Under the pieces are notes generated by a model. That model saw only the letters and a list, made by a program, of their open reading frames with translations. It had not been told where the DNA came from and searched no databases. Shown piece after piece: positions 40,288 to 52,200 of a DNA stretch of 64,000 bases (positions within the stretch are counted from its first letter, which is position 1; every line of letters begins with the position of its first letter). Origin of the DNA: Phoronis australis. Lineage: Eukaryota > Animalia > Phoronida. The position numbers were made by a program, and so were the translations under genes. The stretch lies in contig NMRA01000099.1 of assembly GCA_002633005.1 (NCBI GenBank), positions 894,199 to 958,198 of the forward strand. Direction: 5' to 3'.

Positions 40288-42543
40288 TAGTCTAGTTGCC
40301 AAAAAGTTGACCCTGCAATGTTGTATATTGTAAAGTTTTCTTTTGGAAATTTCTTAGATGTAGTAAGGAGAAAAAACTTAAACTGGTTGCACTTTGTGCA
40401 ATTTTGAACATTTTTTATAATTCAAGATGGCAGCTTCCACCATCTTGAATTTCGCCTAATTTCCTCATTCCGGAAGGATCCTGCAGTGTACCATTTCCAA
40501 TGTTTTTAGGACGATGAGTCCATTTCTGCTATTATTTTATGGATTCAAGGTCAAAGTCACAGTCAACTGAGAGATCCAAGGTCAACTTGAACAGCAGTCT
40601 TTTCTACGTTGCTTCTGCTCTTCACCACCTTCTTTCCACATGACATGTTATCCATGGCAGTATCAAGGTGGCCACACCCACCGAAATTATTCACCCACAC
40701 GGCCACTTGCACGGCTCTCATTAAAATGCCCTTTATAAACCCAAAACCTTTTACTTGTTTGATATACGGTATGCCTGTTCTGGTCGTCAGCTGGTACTGC
40801 AGTTTTGTCGTCCAAGTGTGGACAGCTGTGCGCAGCTTCGCGTACAACTTTCTTGACATTATCGGGAAGGTGCTCCACACACAATAAACTTCGAAAGAAC
40901 TCTGCCAGCCTGCTAAACTTGGGATAAACCTCTTGCCAAAAATGTTGGGTACCTTAGTCGAATACTTATATCGCACGTTTGTCGAACTTTTGTCGGAGTT
41001 TAAAAACTTAAAAGTTGACGTTGCTGCGTCTAACCGTTTATTATTTATTTATGAATGGATTTACGTGCAAATAGTGAAAATTATGACAACGTACTTGGAC
41101 GCACTCTCGTATTCTAGTCGAAAAGAGTTTCCACGTTGTTCGGTTTATTTTGAAACTGTTACACCAACGCAGGTACCGTTAACAATTATGATGACCTGCT
41201 ACGAAGAAATATATCAACGTCTCCTTGAGACAGTGTTGTTGTTGAAGGAAGGCACTAAGGCAGAAACATGAGAGACAGCAGTGTTGACTTAAAAAGACAA
41301 TCTACCGATATAGGTGGTTACTAACCATCTCCAGGTAAACCATCAGCTCTTCATAAGACTTGGCCCCATTTAAATAGAAAATGAGTAACAACATGGCTGT
41401 GATGAGATTGTGTATCTACAGAGCTTCGGTCCTAGCCTTTCCGTTGACTATACTGAAGCGTATCAGGTTACTACTCCGATGGCCCACTACTTCGAAAATA
41501 ATCGGCTACTCCGAAGGCCCACTATTCCGTTACTACGAAATGTTTTTAATTTTTTTCTGACTCGATCTTCCAAAATTGTCCCCCAATTTCACGAATGGGT
41601 TATCAATTTGTTACTTAATAACAAAATATCCACACAAAAATTTGGCAAAGATGTCCACTGACTTATTTCTGTTACTGTCTTTTTAGTTAACAACTCTCGT
41701 ATTGTATCTTCTTTGAAGTTCACTTGACAAGAAAAAATGTATCATATGTTATAAAATGAAACAAATACGCTCATATTTGGAGGAGGCATGGTTTTTTCGG
41801 CGTAGTGGTTTCTTTTCGAAGTAATGTTTTTTTCGGAGTAGTGTTTTTGGAGTAGTGGGCAGTAACCATACTGGACGCAGATTTATGCCTCCCCCTAAAA
41901 TTCCCCCAGATTCCGTTGGGCAGTTCGGGAGTGCCAATGTCTGACGGCAAAATCCTGGCTAATACTCTGCCCTGTCCCCCCCAACTCAAATTCCTGGATT
42001 CGCCCCTGGGGCGCACCAGCAATTGCTTAGCTGATGAGCATTTCCACGCCAGATGCTTTCTCTAGTGTGCCGATGTAACTCTAATGAAATTCATGAGCAA
42101 AAAGTTTGACCCACTAAAGTATACAATAATCAGCATTTTTAAAATGTATTTTGAAATGCTTTATGAACAAAGTAAAAAATAATGAGATTACAAACTAAAT
42201 ACCAGAAGGCTGTTAAGCAGTTTTGACCTTTGACCTCTGATTTGACCTTAAAATTGACCCTGCATCGATAAAACAACATCATAAATGGACTCCCCATCAC
42301 AGAAAATGATATAAACAATGTATTACATGACCCTATTAGTCATCAAGCTGAAAAAACAGTGGGCCGAAATTCAAAAGGGCGGCATCCGCCTTCTTGAATT
42401 GCAAAAAATGCTCAAAGTTACAAAGTGCAATCAAGCCAATTTTGTTCTCCTGACCATATTTAATAAAATTTAACAAAAAAAAATTTACAATAATCAACAT
42501 AGCAGGGTTCACTATGGTGTCTATTGGGCCGACAACTAGACTA
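40288..42543 (-). mobile_element. Decayed Academ-like DNA transposon with long imperfect TIRs and transposase remnant
   Basis: TAGTCTAGTTG at 40288 and CAACTAGACTA ending at 42543. Arms ~40288-40566 and ~42222-42543 are alignable inverted copies; flanks TAA/CAA. Minus-strand fragments at ~40690-40930 (IPSLAGW; AVPADDQ..VYQTSKRFW) loosely resemble the PSWxGF and DQPLY..QW motifs of Academ-type transposases. Confidence 0.55.
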
Positions 42544-43149
42544 CAATGGACAAAACTTTGACGATGCGTACAAGACACGACCAACACTATTGGCTGAGAA
42601 GTGACTATTCACTAGTTTCACCTGATAGAAGTCACGGATTCATTTCCGGCAAGTAAGTCGTCTACCCACTAACTTCATATGAAAATATCGGAGTCGCGAA
42701 TCTGTTGTCTATGAACTAGGCTGTCACAGACTTTTGTTTGCATTATCCTTAAGCTCTAGGTGTTTGCAAGGCGTTCGGTAGGGAAACCATGTCCATTTCC
42801 TTAAGAAAAATACACCGTGCCGCGGAGGGCATGGCTGACAAAAATCTGCATTACCATGAAGTCACTAATGGATTCTAACAATAACGGTGATAATTCGCCG
42901 AGTTCCTAAAACTGTCTACGGACGAAACTGTGAGAATAGCGATGAATTATTGCGACGTCAACGTCCAGTTTTGGATTGCTTGATATTTGAGTGCTTGTTT
43001 TTTTAAAATGTTACCTAGTTACCTGGTTATCTTTTAAATGACGTCAGGCTTTTCTCTTAACATTTGTCTAAATCCCGGGATTCCCATTTAAATTCACGTC
43101 ACCATGCCCTCCTCACTCGAGTGGACTTCATGTGTACATTGAGATCTAA

Positions 43150-43155
43150 TATAAA
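43150..43155 (+). promoter_or_regulatory. Candidate TATA box of GH1 paralog B
   Basis: TATAAA 70 nt upstream of the ATG at 43220; position only, no TSS data. Confidence 0.4.
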
Positions 43156-43219
43156 CACGGTGTAACTATGCCTCTCTTGACTAGATCATCTACTTCGATC
43201 AAGCCGTGTGAGGAACGTA

Positions 43220-46200
43220 ATGAGGAAAGTTCTATTACTCGTTGTTTTCATTGCCGCAGTGCAAGCTGATGTAAGCAATGACTTTTACTACGGAAAGTTC
43301 CCCGATGACTTTGTTTGGAGCAGTGCTACGTCGGCCTACCAGATCGAAGGTGCCTGGAACGAGGGAGGTATGCACGAGTCACCATAACAGTCTTTGAATA
43401 GTTTTGGAATAGTGAACATTTGTAATGAACTTGTAATTGTACGTAATCATGTTTCCTTTAGGCTAGACAATGTCTTTAAATTAGACCATCGCGTTTAGAA
43501 GTATTTACAATTTTGTAATTTATTGTAAACGACAAATGTGTAACATCTTTCAATAAATGGCTTTACAATGGCTTCCATCCTTGTGCGTATTCAGTCATGC
43601 AAACAACGGGAAATCATATAGGTCATTCAATATTTAGCAAATTTTGACAACATTTTTGAAACTGGTAGGTCATCTTTTTCGAAATCTAAAGTTATGTAAA
43701 TATTCGTGAAAATAAATGTTTTCAGTTCTTAATTTAGACTTCAACATTAATAGTGAACGGGAAGATTCATATTGAAATATAACTAATTTGCATACTTAAT
43801 ATTCTAGCGTTTCGTTTTAATCGGAAAACGGGGGTCAGTGAAAGTAAGAGATATCAACATCAAAACCTTTTGCTTTGTTAAAGAGGCTAAAAATGATAAT
43901 CGAATTGGGTCTTTTTGCTCTCATGAAATCGGTCTCGTAATATTCCGCACCCTGATAGGATTCTGTTTCTGTTACAAGCAAGCACAGTGAAACCGTCAGC
44001 GATTCGCGGAAACGCATCAGAAGTTATTAGATTAGATGGCTCTTGCCAATTTGAAAATGACATGCGCAAGCATTGCCTGTAACTTGAGTTGGCAACAGAA
44101 ATAGGATCCTTTCACCATAAGTTATATTCTAGGCGCGGGAGAACCGACTGCTCGCTCTTGCTTGAGGTCATCATGCTAGGCGCGTAAGGTGACCCGCCGG
44201 GTTAATTCTAATTTCTGATCGTGGTCTTAGGCAGCAACGAACTGTCAATTTTCAAAATGGTACTTCTTCATTGCACAATAGAAAATATACATTATTATTT
44301 TATATGTATAAAACTAGAAACCTCAGACCAATTTACCTGGTTTGGAACTAAGAATACAGTGTGGTGTAGGTGCAAGTTGCACAAAGAAAATAGTTGCTAT
44401 CTGAGTTTTACAGTCAAAGTACTTAAGTGTATGCAGAAAGGCTATTTTTACAGTTAAAATCAAGTGCTGTTGGCCTGGCGTATATACTTATTTACATTAC
44501 TAAAAAGGAGTTTGTTAACTGTTTTATGTTTATTAACATATTGTTACCATTACTCCGTGTTTGCGTGTAGACCGCGTAGGTAAGTTGGTGGTCTTAGAAC
44601 GGTGCTCTGTGAAAAAGTTTTTTGCTGCTGATTGGTTTTAGCTGTCCGTTCTTTCCAAGCCCAAACACCTCTTCTAATATGCGCAAGGAACTATTTCTGG
44701 AAACAGGATCTAATCTCCGGACTCGGACTCGACTCAGACTCAAACTCGAAACTAACCAATCACGTCGCGTGATTCGAAGCGCCCCCAGCCAGTCAGTTTT
44801 GGAGACGAGTTTCAGTTCGCCTTCACCATCACGGCAGTTACATTGAGCAGCAGTTTACATCACGCGATTTCATTTTAGTTACACTTGAGAAGGATTTAGT
44901 TTTGTGAAATGATTTAAAGTCCGGTCATTTTTTATTCCCACCAGGTAAAGGGCCGAGTATATGGGACACGTTTTCACATATCCCCAACAAAATTCGCAAC
45001 AACGACACTGGAGACATCGCCTGCGACAGTTACCATAAGTTCAAGGAAGATGTTCGGATGCTTAAGGACTTAAAGGTTACACGAGCTACATAATAATTAC
45101 TGGGCCCTGATTGCTGTTGGTTTCTATCATGAAAAGGAATTAACGGAGATTCCATTCTAATTTTGGAAGGGTTAATTGGTCAACTTTGTCAAACCTGCTG
45201 GCTTTTTGACCACTGTGTACTTAAATATGTCCTGAATTATCTGTTCTGTCACCCCATTGGATATCATGGCATATTTGTGTGGTAAAGCACCCTGGGTCCC
45301 GTATTATCAAGATCGTCAGTGCGGTCTTAGTTAAGACGGTCGTTACTTCGATTTTAATTTCCACACGACTCTTGAACGTGGCTCATGAAGGCGATTATGA
45401 AGTCTGAATATGAAAATCTGTGAACTTAAGGTTGCTGGAACCAAATTTGGTTAACAGACGGATAAAATTCAAAATTAAACTGAATGTTTATGTCATACAA
45501 CGAAACGAATAATGATCGGCGTCCAGAAAAAATCTGAAAAGAAGTCAATCAAATGCCAATGACCTCAACCTTATCTCCTCTTAGCGCATGGTTATTGGAT
45601 AGTCGATTGAAAGGTTGAATCGGCTCCCACCTTGCGGGAAAATGTGGAGATGAAACCGAACTGCGAACTTGCCACGTTCGATTGGAAAGGCAAAGCGTAA
45701 TGCTCTGCGGGAGAAGCTGGACATGCAAAAATAAACAACGAACTTGCTTAGATTTCATCAAATGGTTAAGCTCACCAATTAAAAACGACGAATTAGTGAT
45801 CGTTGAAGTCCTTCAGTTTGCGCCTCCTCCTTGGTGATCATTCTGGTGAATATTTGTCCACGTGACACTCTTTACGACGAATAATCTTCATCCGTGCTCT
45901 TAAAAAACAACACATGGTGTCTGATGCCTGAATTGCATAAAACGGGGGCCCTGGGCAGTGGTCGAGTAACCAGGAGGTATCGCCCTGAGCTGTGGGAAAA
46001 CATTTCGTCAGTACTTTCACTTGGAAATCTACTTATTTCTTCTTTGACTAAATAATGTATTTCTAATCCATTATTTAAAAAATATCGCGTTTTAAGTTGC
46101 ACATTTTCTGTAAAAAACAAGTTTTATACGCATTAAATTGTCACTTACGTTGTGCGTTAGAGGGCACTGTAAACAACAGCATTAGCCAATCACAAACTGA

Positions 46201-49200
46201 GAAACCATTTAGCTTACCTGTGGTAGATACATATTGTACATCTACCGCGGGTACCAGAGTAAGAAATCCTTGGCTTCCAGACAAAAAGTACAATTAAAAA
46301 GGTTTTGCTCACGTTGCTAAAGTCTGAACAGCTTAAAGTACAGGGCAGATATCTGACTCCAGGTTCGACATTTCTTATGTTTTCCGCAGAAATTCTAACC
46401 ATTTTAGCACACAAAATAGGTAATTATCAGCATGTGCCCAATAAATTTTGGTTGTTAGATGTTAATTCTACATTAAATACCTACATGCGTGAGACACTGA
46501 GACAAGCGCTATTGAATGGAACTGCATTAGCCTTCATCAAACCACAGACAGATTTCTGTTTGTGTACGTTTACTCAAGCACAATTTGTAACTAAAACAAC
46601 TTTTAAGCTACATATTTTGCCTTCAACAGTACCAATTGTATGAGTGAATAAAAAATTACAAAAATCAGCTTTTCAATTGAATTTCATTATACCTCCTTGA
46701 ACTATTGAAACATCAGAATATTGCAAATGACCAAAAAATGATCAATTTAGGGGTGTAAATTAAAATTCCGATAATCTGTTAGATACTGATCATTATCACA
46801 TACACATGAAAATATGGCCATTGTATATGTGACGTATTCAACCGTGATATACGGGAAGTAGAGCCAATCCGTTTATCACGGTAGAAGCCGTATTCAACGG
46901 TAGAAGCCGTATTTCACGGTTGTTGTGCAGTCTGGTGGTGGAAGTTCGCAGGTACAACGCCAAATTTTATTGGGTTCAATCATTTGGGTTACTTAAATCA
47001 TTAATTCAAGGCATCGTTCCTGAAAAAGCAGTTTTACTGCTCTATAAACAGAAAAGATTACCGATGAAAATTCCAGCGCACGGTGATCAGGCGGCTATTT
47101 TTGGGCCTAGCTGAAGTCAATCTGGGTCAAACTGAGTAAGGTCACCTAGCTAGTAAAATCTAACAAAATCTAATTCAAATCCAACAAAAACGTTTCGTTA
47201 TGGATGCATACAGTATATCTACCCTGGGATCTAAGGTTTTTACAGGAAATCAAGACCTAACAACGATCAGTATGTGTTTTTACTGAAGCAATCGTCTGCA
47301 GTGTTCAAGTCTGAGTCGCCGGCCGTGGCGTAAAACATTGCGAAAGTCCTAACCTCAAGTTCTGCAAATCGGTCTCGTTGAGACATTCTCCGATGAAATG
47401 AGTTCTCGATAGGATATGGCAGTAGTACACCTATGTATGTGGGATAACCTATATATATTTAATTTCATATTATTTATCAATAATGCTGCACTGTATACTA
47501 AATTCATCGTCAAGTTATTATGTTGCTCAAAATGTGCAATTTTAAAAGCGCGAAGATCTAAAAAGTGCACCTATTAATGAGGTGAAAATACTCGCAAAAT
47601 CTTCCTTATGAGCCTCCACAGCTCAGGACTCGCAAAGTAACTCAAAGTTTTTAGTTATTGTTGCAAACCATTTAACGAACTAGGGGTGCCCAAATCACTT
47701 GCCGAATGTTGTCTAAATACTTTCCAGGTTTCTCACTATCGGTTTTCTATATCGTGGCCCAGGGTCATTCCAACAGGCAAAGTTGCTGACGGCATCAACC
47801 GTGTAGGGATCAACTACTACAAGGACCTCATACAAGCTTTGCTAGACGCCGGCGTCAAACCCATGGCCACGCTATATCATTGGGATCTGCCGCAAGGTCT
47901 TGAGGACGATGGCGGGTGGTTGAACGAAGCAACAAACGAACACTTCAACGATTACGCACGACTCATGTTTCAAGAACTCGGAGATATGGTGGGAAAATAA
48001 TTATAATTATAATGGTTGTAATTTTTGTGACGAAATAGTTGGAAGATGATTTTTCCTTCTTTGATGACAACAGTTCAACTGTTTCAGCAACGTTTTAAGG
48101 CAAGTTGATAGCACATACAGTTTACCACGTAATATGCCTGACATGGCCAATACAACCGTTGATTAACACATTTTGTTAATCAACACCTATTGATTAACAT
48201 TTTGGTAGGAACCCAAGGCCAAGCTCGAACACGCTTCACTGAAGTTTCGTACAACGAAGCTGCCGCACTGAGCTATTCTGCAGCTGAGATCATCTTACGA
48301 GAAAATTAAATACTTAAATGAGGACGCACAATAATAGCATGATCAACAAACCGCATTGCACCGATATTTATTACGCTGTGAAAAATAAGACGTACAATTT
48401 GCCCTTAACGTCACTAGCTTCAAACTTTTCACCGTATCGTTCATTTTCTCTCACTTGTAAATCGTCAATTTCCAGTTTAAGTGTGGGTAACATGTCGGGA
48501 ATGTTTGACTTGGGCTTTATACCAAGTAACCTTCACGTTGGAAGCTTAGCATGATAGTAAACCTGTCTACATAATATGGTTAAATTCACTTCTGTTTTGT
48601 TTTGTTTAATTTTCAACTGGTTTTGAGTAAACTCGTTATTTTAAAAAGAATGACTTCGTGTTTCTCAAAAGGTCACAACCTCCGACCCCGGACCTCTGAC
48701 ATAGAAAGTAATTCCAAAGCCGAGGCGAGTCGTGAAAGGCAGATAGATCCATTGCAATGGTTATCGTTCTGCATGTAGTATAAATGGATTATTACATGTT
48801 CTCGGTCGTTATCCCCCTTATTTAGAGCCCTCGTGGATTTTGGAGATAATTCTCCACAATCCACTCGGGCTCTAGATTAAGGGAGATAACGACTGTGTCA
48901 TGTCATAATCTATATTTATTGGACAATCACTTGCAACTTGACGATTGCACACGACTCATGTTTCAAGAACTTGGGAATGCGCTGACAGTTTGATAGCAAT
49001 GTAATCAGAGTTCGAGCTTCAGCAAATAAATATGCTGGCCCGCCGGGCAAGGTACTTGAATATGAAACCATATCTACATAGGGCCTATATGTAAAAGTTT
49101 ACTGACCCGGCAGCAAATCCACAGGGCACGGGCCACTGGGCCAGCGTGTATTTCGAACGCTGAATGCAGTAATTAAGTTTGGCGTGAAGGGATATCGTTG

Positions 49201-52200
49201 GTGAATAATTTTTGGCCTATCCTCTAGGATGATAAAAATATCTTCTTTTTTGGTGAATCAAGTGTTTGTGTGGGAAGTTATGATTGACAAATGTAATACG
49301 TTTTGATCATTTTTATCTTCGGGAGTTTGCATTCTTTTTGCACTAAGAGAAACCTATCTTCGGAAACGAGACGGTGTTTTATTTTGTCCACTTAATGCCA
49401 TTTCCCTTGCTAAGATATCAATTAATATGTAGTTAGTAAAACTTGTGAGACTTTCTACCTAGTTATTTTCATATCCGAGGTATGGCATTAGTTTTGCCTG
49501 AACTAATACCACCCCGGCCAACCCGCGATCGAGAACGCCCGGAAGGCGATCGAGAACGAGAACTTGCACCAAAAATGGCTGACGACAGTGACGTACCCGG
49601 TGAGTTTAAGTGTCATTTTCTGCTTAAATAGAGGCCACTTTGGCACAAATGCTACACACAGAAAAGCGTCAGAGTGTAACCTTTGTTGTGGATTTGAAAT
49701 AATTCTTGACTTTTGCTTATTTTTTTAAAATAAAGAGCTCGGTAAAATGCCTTGCAATTTCTACTTGTTATTAGCACTTCCAGGGTTCTAAAGAAGAGAC
49801 GTGTGACGTTTATAGTTTAATCGTCCCTGGTGAGACCTTTTTTTAGTTATGATTTGTGAAACAATTTGAGATATTTACCGATACAGGCAGGTCCTTGTTT
49901 TAGACGGCGATCGTGAACGCACATTTTTTTCCCTACATTTTCTTGAATAGTCGTTCAAGTTACGGTATTATGTCAATAATTTTAGAATAATACGGAGCCT
50001 GAATTAGTTGATAGGTTGATTATTAATTACCTTTCATCGTTTTTTCATCATTTCTAAGTGAGATTTAGCCTAACAAACCTCACATGAATGCGTTTGATTT
50101 TTTCAGTTGAACTGTAGCCGCACTAAGAGTCCTTCAGGGTGAAACGTCACTGCTGCATGTCACAAATGAGTGTGTGTGTGTATGTTGCGGAGCCTCGTTC
50201 AGGAACTAAGAAATCGACTTAGTATGACCAGATGGCAATAAAACTCAGTGACAATACGACATGCAAGACCTTTACCAGCCCTGTGACTGACACGTTGCAT
50301 GCGTCAATAGTTTTTTACCAATATAGTAAAACACAACATAAAGCATCGTGCTCAGGAATCAAGTCGATTCAGTGTCCTATCTGGGATCAATGTTTCACGG
50401 AAAAAGTAAGCCTGATGCGAAACTGCGTCACAGCACGAGGACATTCCTTTTTCTGGTGAATGTGGCATGCCGTGCAAACAGTATGCCTCCTTCTACAGAC
50501 ATAGCAAGCAGAAACGTCATCAATGAAATCAATAAGTCCAGTGCAGAAGGTTGTTAAGTCACTATAATTTATTCAGATTTACAGTCTTTGGTTGGTAGTT
50601 GTCTAATCTGATAGTATTTTGACCTTGTGTTTTGAACCATTTTTCCTCAAGTTTCTTTCTATATTTGTGTTATTTTAAAAGGACCAGAACCAGTACATTT
50701 TTGTAGTGTTTAAGAAGATTTAAATGGCCATACTAAGTGTCATTGGGCAATACTTACATATAATTGTTTTGACCAATGAGTATTTTAAATGAAAATATAT
50801 GTCTATGATTATTGTAGAAATTGCTTTCATATTGTTGTTGATTTCCTGTGAGAGACTGTTATACTATCAATCAGTCCTAAATACATTGTCTATGATTCAG
50901 TGATGATTTAGTCTAATACATTCCAAAAGTAATTCGTTGGAAATGTTCAATGGATTTGTAATGTTGATTTCTCTAAAGCACTATTTTTTATATTTTTGTT
51001 AGACCGATTTTGAGGTATGTTTGATAAAAGATTGATATGATAATAGAAATGCTGTAATATTGTTGTTGATTTCCTGTGTAAATCACTACAGTGTGTAGTT
51101 GAAGTGACGTTAATGACAACATGTTGACTACGTTTTGAGAAAATCGCATTATGGTACGTATGTTATAACTGTCCCAATCTTTTTCAATGCCACATTAAAC
51201 TTGAGATCATGAACTGAAGATGCAGGTGAACTTAGGATCAAGACTACAAAACAGAAGACTCAAACACAACGTACATTCAAGCCACACGGGTGCCACAAGT
51301 CAATCTGTTCCTCTCTGCATCGATGTTATCAGTAAAACATTAAGTAAAATCACATCCGTTTTATCAGCACATCAGTTTACCCAACTTCCGGCCAATTTTT
51401 AGATCCCAGACGTTTATGAGTGGGAATCTTTGAATCATCTCGTGATGGTGTTGCCTCACTACCCTCTCTCCCGAGCAAGCTCATCATCATTCTTTGAATT
51501 CACTGGCCATTTATTTTTTTTTCCTTTTGCTGTCACAATTTTACAAGAAGATTCTACACTCATCTGCTGCAACAATTTGTTTATCCATGGCTGACAGGCC
51601 ACATGGAACAACTCCTGGGTGAGTCTTCAGTTTAGATTTCCTTGTTTTCAGTGGTTTCGTCTAAAAGTAGATGTCTGTATTTCAAAACCCTGGTTGGGTG
51701 TACCTTCACGTCGTGAGTAACATGTTCGTTGAAGCTCGCCTCACAATAACAGTGAACTTATTTCCTGAAATGAAAATAAATTCGTTTGTGAAAAAAAAAA
51801 TGCTTGATGTACATGTAGTGTTAATGGCAATTTAATGGAAATATGTTATGCAGATGTTCAATTTTGATACGAAAGTAACACAGTAATGACGTAAAATGTG
51901 ATTAATTCATTGCACCACACTTATTTTGTAACCCTTTTCACGTTTTTTAAGTAAAAAGTTAATTACTGTTCGACACACCACGATGCGTTCCCGATCGCAT
52001 AAACGAAACACAAATTTGCGTTCTCGATCTTTCAACAGAAAAGCGTTGAAAATCAAAGATCCTGATAAAACTACAAAAAACAAGCGTTGCGTTTTATTTT
52101 CACACGTCATTTCTTCATAACTCCACGGTCAATTTATTGATATAGTGTCAAAAATAACGGCAATTTGCCAAAATGACATACAACTCACCTTCGGCTCGTG

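Noticed and set aside
42031-42070. CTGATGAG hammerhead-core-like motif (also at ~58994)
   Set aside because: No correctly placed GAAA and closing helices found by eye.
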